From Gammaproteobacteria bacterium (GTDB lineage Bacteria > Pseudomonadota > Gammaproteobacteria > Ga0077536), in NCBI GenBank assembly GCA_040220855.1, contig JAVJVZ010000067.1, positions 43,756 to 107,755 on the forward strand: a stretch of DNA of 64,000 nt, given 5' to 3'. The notes below the pieces were generated by a model. The model was not told where the DNA came from. It ran no database searches and worked only from the letters and a program-made list of their open reading frames with translations. Each line of letters opens with the position of its first letter. Within the stretch, counting starts at the first letter, position 1. Below are positions 10,761-18,248 of this stretch, piece after piece. The translations under genes were made by a program, and so were the position numbers.

Positions 10761-11441
10761 ATGAAAAGAAGAGGCTTCCTCGTCGCGGCCACGCTGGCCG
10801 CCGTCATGCTCTGCGGCGATGTCGCGGCGGCCCCCGGGGTCGGCAAGGTCGTCATCGTCACCGGCAGTACGATGCGGCAGGCGGCCGACGGCACACGCAC
10901 GACGCTGGCCCGGGGCGATCGCGTATTCGAGCAGGACCGCATCACGACCGCGGCCGATTCATCCATCTTTCTGCGCTTCGACGACGACACCCGCTTCACG
11001 CTCGGCCCGCGCACGGAATTCGTCGTCGACCAGGTCAGGGACGACGACGAAGGATTGTTCAGTGCCTCCATCCTGCGCGGTGCATTCCGCTTCGTCACCG
11101 GCCTCATCGCCAAGAAGCGTGCCGGCGCGATGCGCGTGCGGACCGGCGTGGTCGCGACCATTGGTATCCGTGGCACCACCGTCGGCGGCGAGGTCGAAGG
11201 GGAGTCGGCCACCATCGTGCTGCTCGAGAGCGAGGACCCGGGTACGCCCTCGGCAATCGAGGTCGGTAACGACTTCGGCAGCGTGGTCATCGACCAGCCC
11301 GGCTACGGTACCCGCGTGCCGGACGCGCACAGCCCGCCGTCGCCGCCCGAGCGCATGACGCTGCGCGCGGTCGACAACCTCGTGCGCAATATCACCAACA
11401 TCCAGCGCAGCGTCGCACCGCGCCCGATGATGCCGCGCTGA
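10761..11441 (+). CDS. Secreted FecR-domain protein
   Basis: A signal peptide (MKRRGFLVAATLAAVMLCGDVAAA) is followed by a FecR-like pattern: GKVVIVTGSTMRQAADGTRTTLARGDRVFEQDRITTAADSSIFLRFDDDTRFTLGPRTEFVVD. No anti-sigma N-terminal domain is present and no ECF sigma gene is nearby. Confidence 0.7.
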   Translation: MKRRGFLVAATLAAVMLCGDVAAAPGVGKVVIVTGSTMRQAADGTRTTLARGDRVFEQDRITTAADSSIFLRFDDDTRFTLGPRTEFVVDQVRDDDEGLFSASILRGAFRFVTGLIAKKRAGAMRVRTGVVATIGIRGTTVGGEVEGESATIVLLESEDPGTPSAIEVGNDFGSVVIDQPGYGTRVPDAHSPPSPPERMTLRAVDNLVRNITNIQRSVAPRPMMPR

Positions 11442-11646
11442 CCCTGCGCGTGCGGTTCCTCCGGCCGCGGCCTCCGCCGCGAGCGGGGTTCGCGCGGCAT
11501 TGCTCGCTGGCGCCCGCCCGCGCTGATGTGCGCCCGCGTGGCGTCGCAGCGGACTTGCACCACAGTTGCACCAGAAACTGGCATTCGCTCGATCCTTTGC
11601 TTACACTCCACGTTAGCAACCGACCCTAACTTACGGAATTTACGTG

Positions 11647-12786
11647 ATGAGCAAGCACAGCATCTCCCTGGCGGCAGCGGCGCTGCCCGCTTTTTTCCTG
11701 GCCGCCCAACCGGTGCTCGCGAGCGAAGACGAGCACGAACTGATCGAGCGCGTGTGTAACCGCGAAGACTTCACCGGGTGCCTGAACGGCGTCTCGAGCT
11801 CGGTCACCAACGGCGCCGGGCTGCGCATGAGCGGCAGCGCGCTCGACGACGTCGCACGCGAGCGTGCCGGCAAGACCGTCGGCGCCAACGGCGATACCCA
11901 GGCAGCCAGCCTGCCGGGCCAGACGGGGCTCAACGCCGGCGATGGCATGGCCGGCAGCGTGTTCGGCCTCTGGGGCAGCTACTCCTACAACGACTTCGAC
12001 TCCGATTTCGTCTTCCAGGGCAACTCGCTCGCCTACGATGCCGACGCCCACAACGTGCTGGCCGGCTTCGACCGCCTGTTCGGCAACCGCTACCTGCTCG
12101 GTGTGGCCTTCGGCTACCAGTGGCTCGACACCAACACGCGCTTCAACGGTGGCGGCCAGGAGAGCGATGGCTTCACCGTGGCGCCCTACGCGGCGGTGCT
12201 GCTCACCGACATCTTCAGCATCGATGTCTCCGGTGGTTACTCCGCGCTGGAGTACGACCAGGACCGCATTTCACCCGCCGACGGTACCAGCATCGAGGCG
12301 AGCTTCGATTCCGATCGCTGGTTCGTGGCAACCAACCTGAATGCCTTCCTGCCCGTCGACCGCTTCATCTTCGGTGCCAAGGTGGGTTACCTCTATACCG
12401 AAGAGGACCAGGACAGCTACCTCGAGACGGGCAGCGTGGCGAGCGGCAACGCCGGCCTGTTGCGCACCGTGACCAGCCGCAACATCGATCTCGAGCAGCT
12501 CGTGGTCGGCGGCGAGATCGCCTACGACGCCGGCAACCAGTTCGAGCCCTTCTTCGTCGCCGAGTACCGCAACGACCTGAGCCGCAGCAACGGTAACGCC
12601 GCGGGCGGCCTGCCGGGCAACTTCACCGCCGTGCAGAACAGCGACGACGACGAAGTGCAGCTCACCTTCGGCCTGCGCTATTTCACGACCTGGGGCGTGA
12701 CCTCGAGCTTCGAGTACCAGCGCGTCGAGGGTCGTTCCGACTTCGACAGCGACCTGTTCATGTTCACGCTGCGCGCAGCGCTCTGA
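11647..12786 (+). CDS. Small autotransporter-type outer-membrane beta-barrel protein with a very short passenger
   Basis: It has a signal peptide (SKHSISLAAAALPAFFLAAQPVLA) and a passenger of only about 70-90 aa. An autotransporter beta-domain pattern follows (GLWGSYSYNDFDSDF...VLAGFDRLFGNRYLLGVAFGYQW...TFGLRYFTTWGVTSSFEYQ). A GTG at 11644 is an alternative start. Confidence 0.7.
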   Translation: MSKHSISLAAAALPAFFLAAQPVLASEDEHELIERVCNREDFTGCLNGVSSSVTNGAGLRMSGSALDDVARERAGKTVGANGDTQAASLPGQTGLNAGDGMAGSVFGLWGSYSYNDFDSDFVFQGNSLAYDADAHNVLAGFDRLFGNRYLLGVAFGYQWLDTNTRFNGGGQESDGFTVAPYAAVLLTDIFSIDVSGGYSALEYDQDRISPADGTSIEASFDSDRWFVATNLNAFLPVDRFIFGAKVGYLYTEEDQDSYLETGSVASGNAGLLRTVTSRNIDLEQLVVGGEIAYDAGNQFEPFFVAEYRNDLSRSNGNAAGGLPGNFTAVQNSDDDEVQLTFGLRYFTTWGVTSSFEYQRVEGRSDFDSDLFMFTLRAAL

Positions 12787-12816
12787 TCGCGCGCCGCCCA
12801 TCGCCTCCGGTCTGAC

Positions 12817-12838
12817 CCGCCCGCGCTCGCGCGGGCGG
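12817..12838 (+). terminator. GC-rich hairpin downstream of the autotransporter gene; no U-tract
   Basis: The hairpin is CCGCCCGCG-ctcg-CGCGGGCGG, a 9-bp perfect stem that starts 31 nt after the stop codon. Confidence 0.4.
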
Positions 12839-12851
12839 ACTTCTCCCCAAT

Positions 12852-12873
12852 GGGGTCAGACCCCTGTGGATAA
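12852..12873 (+). repeat. 22-bp intergenic repeat unit, copy A1 (GGGGTCAGACCCCTGTGGATAA)
   Basis: This is one of four near-identical units in the window. It ends in TGTGGATAA, the reverse complement of the DnaA box TTATCCACA. The 10-mer GGTCTGACCC at 12809..12818 is the exact reverse complement of 12853..12862. Confidence 0.85.
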
Positions 12874-12885
12874 TTCGTCCACCGT

Positions 12886-12907
12886 GGGGTCAGACACCTG
12901 TGGACAA
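12886..12907 (+). repeat. 22-bp intergenic repeat unit, copy A2 (GGGGTCAGACACCTGTGGACAA)
   Basis: It is a direct repeat of A1, 34 nt downstream of it. It ends in TGTGGACAA, the reverse complement of TTGTCCACA, the high-GC DnaA-box variant. Confidence 0.85.
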
Positions 12908-12927
12908 CCGGGGGCGGCGAAGCTCCC

Positions 12928-14349
12928 TCAGGCGCGGACCTTGGTCAGCCAGCGGGTCACGTTGTGCCTGTGGGTGTCGAGATAGCTGCCCGGGCCGAAG
13001 AACTTGTCGTAGAAGCCGGTCTCGAGTCGGTGGGCCTGAGTGTAGTAGCGCACGAAGATGCTCGGCACCGTGCCCGGGAACTTGCCATAGGTGGCATAGA
13101 TGTACTCCGCGGTGGCGACCACGCAGTCGATCAGGTCCTTGCTCGGCCGCGTGGCCGTGGCCTTGGTCGCGGCGTTGTCGCGGAACGGGCCGGCAGTCTT
13201 CGCATCGTAGGCGCCGCCGGGGCCGAACTTGAGCTCGAGGAAGGCCTCCACTGCGCTGCGCATGTCCGGGTAGTGCGGCGGAGAGAAGGCCTGGTAGAGA
13301 CCTTCGATACCGAGCGGGTTGGGCACGCCCCAGCCCTCCTTCTTCTCGAACGCGAAGCCGAGCCCGGGCTCGCCGGCCTTGGCGGCCGCACCCATCACGC
13401 TGAACGGGCTGACGCCGGAGTAGAACCAGCCGCCGAGGCCGAGCGGTTGCAGGGCGAGCGCCATGTTGTGGCCCATCACACCCATCTCGACCGCGCAGGT
13501 GGTCAGCAGGTACTGCTCCATGTAGGACAGCGGGTACTTGCGCTGCGGATCGATGAGGCCCAGATCGAAGAAGCGCTGGAGATCGCCGGCCGGGCGGCCT
13601 TCGAGGTCGTCGAAAGTCGTGTAGCCGGAGCCGGCGGCGATGAACAGGAAGTCGAGCATCTGCTCGGACACGTTGCCGACCGGGATGAACAAGGTCGAAC
13701 CCGGCGTGTTGCCGTTCCAGAAATTGTGCGCGCTGTAGTGCGGCGCTTCGCGCGGCGGGTCGATGCGGCGATCGGACAGTTTGCGCGTGTGCGCGCCGAC
13801 CATCGCGATGAGCTGCTCGGCTTCGCTCATCGCAGCGTCGTCCCAGCGCGTGTCGCCGTCGGCATTGCGGGTGGAGACGTAGTAGGTGCCATCGTCCTGC
13901 GTATAGAAGAGATCCGTATTGCCGATGCCGGCAGCCACCGGCAGCGTGCGGCCGGTGTAGCGCACCGCGTAATCGCACAACCCCTCCTGCCCGGCGGTGA
14001 AGGGGATGCCGTGATGCCAGCCGGACACACCCAGGCCGGCTGCGACGAGCATGGCACGCTCGAAGTCGTCGAGCGGTGTCGGTGGCAGCTCGGATTTGTA
14101 GGCGAGCGGTCCGTGCGGGATCTCCATGCCCCAGCCGAAGCGGCGTGAGCGCCGGCCGTAGAGCGCATCGAGCAGCGGGAAGCGCTTCACCTCGCCCAGC
14201 AGCTTGTTCCATTCCGAGACATCGGACGGCGCCGTGCGCGCGGTCTCTGCCGCCACGCCGGCGCCGCTGCGCCCGAGGGCGACGGCCGCGAGCCCGGACA
14301 GGTACATGAAGGCACGGCGCGAGAGGCCGGCGCGTGCGCGATCGTTCAT
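12928..14349 (-). CDS. Tat-exported protein of the nitroreductase / SagB-type dehydrogenase fold; function unknown
   Basis: A twin-arginine signal is present (MNDRARAGLSRRAFMYLSGLAAVALG). The nitroreductase-like N-terminal motif LDALYGRRSRRFGWG is followed by RYTGRTLPVAAGIGNTDLFYTQDDGTYYV. The C-terminal motif is GHNMALALQPLGLGGWFYSG. I chose the ATG at 14349, which lies about 8 nt after GAGGGGGA; the track ORF begins at 14409. The fold assignment rests on motifs only. Confidence 0.6.
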   Translation of the reverse strand: MNDRARAGLSRRAFMYLSGLAAVALGRSGAGVAAETARTAPSDVSEWNKLLGEVKRFPLLDALYGRRSRRFGWGMEIPHGPLAYKSELPPTPLDDFERAMLVAAGLGVSGWHHGIPFTAGQEGLCDYAVRYTGRTLPVAAGIGNTDLFYTQDDGTYYVSTRNADGDTRWDDAAMSEAEQLIAMVGAHTRKLSDRRIDPPREAPHYSAHNFWNGNTPGSTLFIPVGNVSEQMLDFLFIAAGSGYTTFDDLEGRPAGDLQRFFDLGLIDPQRKYPLSYMEQYLLTTCAVEMGVMGHNMALALQPLGLGGWFYSGVSPFSVMGAAAKAGEPGLGFAFEKKEGWGVPNPLGIEGLYQAFSPPHYPDMRSAVEAFLELKFGPGGAYDAKTAGPFRDNAATKATATRPSKDLIDCVVATAEYIYATYGKFPGTVPSIFVRYYTQAHRLETGFYDKFFGPGSYLDTHRHNVTRWLTKVRA

Positions 14350-14591
14350 GGGCATTTCCCCCTCGTGGCGGTGACGGGCGGCGTGCGCGCCGGTTGACCC
14401 GGGCGGCACGCGCCGCCGATGTTATGCGCGCGGGCGGCACGAGCGAAAGTCGCCGCGTTGCTTGCAGCGCTTGGGGCGACCGGCTTCGATGGCCGACAAT
14501 TGCGCCGCGCGGGGCACATCGCACCCGCCATCGTCATCCGTCAGCAAGAGGCCAGTCCGTGGAAGCATCGCAGCACAACTCCTTCAAGATC

Positions 14592-15989
14592 ATGATGAAC
14601 GAGGTCGTCGATTACGGCAGCTGCTGCGAGTGTGGTGCCTGCGTGCTGGCCTGCCCGCACAACGTCATCGAGTACATCGACGGCAAACCGCAGCAGACCG
14701 CCAAACCCGACGCGCCGTTCGATTTCTGCGGTGTCAGCGAAGGCGCGGGCTGCGACGTGTGCGCGGCGGCCTGCCCGCGACTATGGCCGCGCGAGACACA
14801 CCTGCGCGATGTCACCTTCGGCGATGAGCGCGGCTTCGAGGACATCTTCGGCGTGTTCCGCCATATCTTCGTCGCGCGCACGCGGCGGGCCGACATCGCC
14901 GCGGCGGGCCAGGATGGTGGTGTCGTCACGGCGCTGCTCACCTGGGCGCGGGAGCAGGGCCACATCGACGGCGCGATCGTATCCGGCGTCGGCGCCGATG
15001 ATGCGCCGTGTTTTCCGACCCCGAAGGTTGCGACCAGCGTCGACGCGATCAAGGCGAGCGCCGGCAGCTGGTACACCTATTGCCCGAACGACCTGGCTCT
15101 CGCCGACGCCGCGGCGCAAGGGCTCGAGAAGGTCGGCTTCGTCGGCGTACCGTGCCAGATCACACCGCTGCGCAAGATGCAGTACATCGACCCGGCCTTC
15201 CTGGTCACGGCGAAGAAGAAGCCCAAGATCGTCAACCGACAGCGCGAACATCTGCGCGGGCCGGCCGAGCGCGTTGCTTTCAGCATCGGCCTTTTCTGTA
15301 CCGAGGTGTTCCGCCCGGAACTGATGACCGAGCGGATCGAGCGCGACATGGGCATCCCGCTCAGCGAGGTGCGCCAGTTCAACGTCAAGGGCGAGGTGCT
15401 GATCTACCAGCGCAATGGCGACATCGCGCGTATTCCGCTGGCCGAGGCGATGGCCGAGTACCAGCGCCCCGAGTGCCGCCACTGCGGCGATTTTTCTGCC
15501 GAGCTGGCCGACATCGCGTGCGGCGGGGTCGGTACCGATCGTGCCACCATCGTGGTGCTGCGCACGCAGCGTGCGGTCGACATCTGGCGCGCATTCGAAG
15601 CGAGTGGCGAAGTCGAGGTCGAGCCCATCGCGGCCAACAAGCGGGCCTGGAACATCCTGTTGCGTCTCGCACGGCGACAGCGCGAGCGTGTACCAGCCGG
15701 GCCGCCCAACAGTGGCACCGCGGCGGGGCTCGGCCAGTACGCGCCGCGCGAGGCGGCCGACAGCGCGGTGGCGCGCCTGGCTGGCAGCGCCAAGTCGCCG
15801 GAAGAGACCGCTGCCTGCCTCGAGGCGGCATACGGCGCCGAGGCGCGCCCGCAGGAGGTTGTCGCCTACATCGCCGGGGCGCCGATTCCGGGCGATCCGG
15901 GCGACCCGGCGCCCGGTGAGAAGCGCCGTCTGCCGCCGCCGCCCGGCGCCGCAGCGGGCGGCGCACCGCCGGGTTGGGGCGAGGCCTGA
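14592..15989 (+). CDS. FrhB/FdhB-family protein (coenzyme F420 hydrogenase/dehydrogenase beta-subunit-like) with an N-terminal 2x[4Fe-4S] ferredoxin domain
   Basis: Two Fe-S motifs are present (CCECGACVLACP and CDVCAAACP). Family motifs are present as FrhB_N-like GQDGGVVTALLTWAREQGHIDGAIV, FrhB_C-like FVGVPCQITPLRKM and CRHCGDFSAELADIACGGVG. A proline/glycine-rich low-complexity tail follows. The start is taken at the ATGATG at 14592; the track ORF begins at 14334. Confidence 0.75.
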   Translation: MMNEVVDYGSCCECGACVLACPHNVIEYIDGKPQQTAKPDAPFDFCGVSEGAGCDVCAAACPRLWPRETHLRDVTFGDERGFEDIFGVFRHIFVARTRRADIAAAGQDGGVVTALLTWAREQGHIDGAIVSGVGADDAPCFPTPKVATSVDAIKASAGSWYTYCPNDLALADAAAQGLEKVGFVGVPCQITPLRKMQYIDPAFLVTAKKKPKIVNRQREHLRGPAERVAFSIGLFCTEVFRPELMTERIERDMGIPLSEVRQFNVKGEVLIYQRNGDIARIPLAEAMAEYQRPECRHCGDFSAELADIACGGVGTDRATIVVLRTQRAVDIWRAFEASGEVEVEPIAANKRAWNILLRLARRQRERVPAGPPNSGTAAGLGQYAPREAADSAVARLAGSAKSPEETAACLEAAYGAEARPQEVVAYIAGAPIPGDPGDPAPGEKRRLPPPPGAAAGGAPPGWGEA

Positions 15990-16152
15990 GTAACGGAACG
16001 CCCGGTGACCGGCGGCGTCCTACTGGCGAGTGCGCGACGGCGAATGTTATTCGAATCAGTTATAAGCATATTCGAGATTGCTATATGCGGTCACAGCGAT
16101 TACCTTGTGACGCGTGCCGGCACCAGCCGGCCCTGGTGGAGGGGAGAACCAC

Positions 16153-16587
16153 GTGGCGAGAAACTGGCGCCGCTGCCTGACCATCGTCCTGCTCGCGACA
16201 GCGGGCAGCGGGGCGGCGGCTGACTACACGGTCCGCGATTACGCCATCCCGGAAGCGCTGACGGCGACACCCGGCGACCCGGACCGCGGCGCCGCGATCG
16301 TGGTCGATCGCGGCCGCGGCAATTGCCTGAGCTGCCACGCCGTGCCGCTCGATGCCGAGTTCTTCGGCACCACCGGCCCGACCCTTGCCGCGGTCGGCGC
16401 ACGCCTGAACGCGGGCCAGCTACGTCTGCGACTGGTCGATCCGAAGGTCATCAACCCCATGACCATGATGCCGGCTTATCACAAGACCGCAGGGCTCTAC
16501 CGGGTCGCGCCCGAGTACGCCGGCAAGCCCATCCTCAGCGCGCAGGAGATCGAGGATGTCGTCGCCTTCCTCGCCACGCTGAAGTGA
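16153..16587 (+). CDS. soxX: Sulfur-oxidation c-type cytochrome SoxX
   Basis: It has a single CLSCHA haem motif, a signal peptide and SoxX-like MMPAYHK and ILSAQEIEDVVAFLATL stretches. It sits immediately upstream of soxYZAB. The GTG at 16153 follows GGAGGGGA; the track start is 16114. Confidence 0.8.
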   Translation: MARNWRRCLTIVLLATAGSGAAADYTVRDYAIPEALTATPGDPDRGAAIVVDRGRGNCLSCHAVPLDAEFFGTTGPTLAAVGARLNAGQLRLRLVDPKVINPMTMMPAYHKTAGLYRVAPEYAGKPILSAQEIEDVVAFLATLK

Positions 16588-16631
16588 ACCCTGCAGCCGT
16601 GCTCGTTCCCCGAGATGAAGAGAATCCAGCC

Positions 16632-17111
16632 ATGCCCGAACCTGTCTCCCATTGCCGCGGGTTGACCCGCCGCCGCCTGCTCGAGCAGGCGCTCGCCGCC
16701 TGCGGCTGCCTGGCTGCAGGCCTCGCTTTCGCCGACGACGCCGCGCGTGCCGCGGCAGCGCAGGCCGCCATCGACGCCATCGTCGGCGATCGCGGCGTTG
16801 CCGACGGTGAACTCGAGCTGACCACGCCGGCGATCGCCGAGAACGGCAACACGGTGCCGATCGCGGTCGCCGCCGGCGGACGTTTCCGCGGCGACACCTA
16901 CGTCAAGGCCATTCACGTCTTCGCGGTCGAGAATCCGACACCGGAGGTGGTGAGCTTCCATTTCACGCCGCAGAGCGGGCTCGCGCAGGTCTCGACTCGG
17001 ATCCGGCTCGCCAAGACGCAGCAGGTCGTCGCCATCGCGGAGCTGTCCGACGGCCAGGTATGGCGCACCGCGAACGAGGTCAAGGTCACCATCGGCGGCT
17101 GCGGCGGCTGA
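16632..17111 (+). CDS. soxY: Thiosulfate-oxidation carrier protein SoxY
   Basis: A Tat-type signal (GLTRRRLLEQALAACG) is present. The protein ends in the diagnostic swinging-arm motif VKVTIGGCGG. Confidence 0.9.
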   Translation: MPEPVSHCRGLTRRRLLEQALAACGCLAAGLAFADDAARAAAAQAAIDAIVGDRGVADGELELTTPAIAENGNTVPIAVAAGGRFRGDTYVKAIHVFAVENPTPEVVSFHFTPQSGLAQVSTRIRLAKTQQVVAIAELSDGQVWRTANEVKVTIGGCGG

Positions 17112-17130
17112 CGGGCGGAGGATTACGAAG

Positions 17131-17454
17131 ATGGACAAGCCACGCGTCAAGGTGCCGAAGAAGGTCAAGGCCGGCGAGCCCTTCGAGGTCAAGGTGCTCA
17201 TTTCACACAAGATGGAATCCGGCCAGCGCGTCGACGAGGCGACCGGCCAGAAGATTCCGCGCATGATCATCAACCGCTTCGAGGCACGCCTCGACGGCGA
17301 GCTGGTGTTCAGCGCGACGCTCTACCCGGCGGTCTCGGCCAATCCCTATCTCGCGTTCCACGTCGTTGCCGAGAAGAGTGGCGAGCTCAGCTTCAAGTGG
17401 CTCGACGACAGCGGCGACACCGCGACCGCCACGGCCAAGGTCGCAGTCGGCTGA
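17131..17454 (+). CDS. soxZ: Thiosulfate-oxidation carrier complex protein SoxZ
   Basis: The N-terminus MDKPRVKVPKKVKAGEPFEVKVLISHKMESGQR, the 107-aa size and the position after soxY all match SoxZ. Confidence 0.9.
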   Translation: MDKPRVKVPKKVKAGEPFEVKVLISHKMESGQRVDEATGQKIPRMIINRFEARLDGELVFSATLYPAVSANPYLAFHVVAEKSGELSFKWLDDSGDTATATAKVAVG

Positions 17455-18248
17455 TGCGCATGCTGCCCCGTCCCGCACTGGTGGCCGGTCTGCTGGTGGC
17501 CGGGATCGGCTGGGCGGTTGCGGGCGAGTGGGGTGCCTACGAAGTCGACGGGCGCCGCAGCGGTTACACCTACGCGGCGGCAGAAACGCGCGCCATGCAG
17601 GACGACGAGTTCGAGAACGCCGGGCTGCTGTGGGTCGAGAAGGGCGCCGAGCTGTGGTCGCAGGCGGACGGTGCGGAAGGTCAGAGCTGCCAGGACTGCC
17701 ACGGCGACGCCACCGAGAGCATGCGCGGCGTTGGCGCGCGCTACCCGGTCTACGCCGAAGAACGCGGCAAGCTGATCAACATCGAGCAGCGCATCAACCA
17801 GTGCCGCAGCGAGCGCATGCAGGCTGAGCCGTGGCGCTGGGAGAGCGAACCGCTGCTCGCGTTGACGACCTATGTTCGTCACCAGTCACACGGCATGGCG
17901 GTGAGCCCCGTGATCGACGGCCCGGCGGCGCCATTCTTCGAGCAGGGCAAGACCTTCTACACCACGCGGCGCGGCCAGCTCGATCTCGCCTGCGTGCACT
18001 GCCACGAGATGAACAGCGGCAACATGCTGCGCGCGCAGCGGCTTTCGCAGGGCATGTCGAACGGGTTTCCGACCTACCGCCTGAAGTGGCAGGGCGTTGG
18101 TTCCCTGCACCGCCGCATCCGTGGCTGCAACGAGGACGTACGTGCCGAGCCCTACGCACCCGGCAGCGATGAATACGTCAACGTCGAGCTCTACCTCGCC
18201 TGGCGGGCGCGCGGCCTGCCGGTCGAAACGCCGGCGGTACGCAACTGA
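17454..18248 (+). CDS. soxA: Dihaem cytochrome c SoxA
   Basis: Two haem motifs (CQDCHG, CVHCHE) are present, plus the conserved Cys-ligand context RRIRGCNEDV. The start overlaps the soxZ stop as TGATG. Confidence 0.9.
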   Translation: MRMLPRPALVAGLLVAGIGWAVAGEWGAYEVDGRRSGYTYAAAETRAMQDDEFENAGLLWVEKGAELWSQADGAEGQSCQDCHGDATESMRGVGARYPVYAEERGKLINIEQRINQCRSERMQAEPWRWESEPLLALTTYVRHQSHGMAVSPVIDGPAAPFFEQGKTFYTTRRGQLDLACVHCHEMNSGNMLRAQRLSQGMSNGFPTYRLKWQGVGSLHRRIRGCNEDVRAEPYAPGSDEYVNVELYLAWRARGLPVETPAVRN

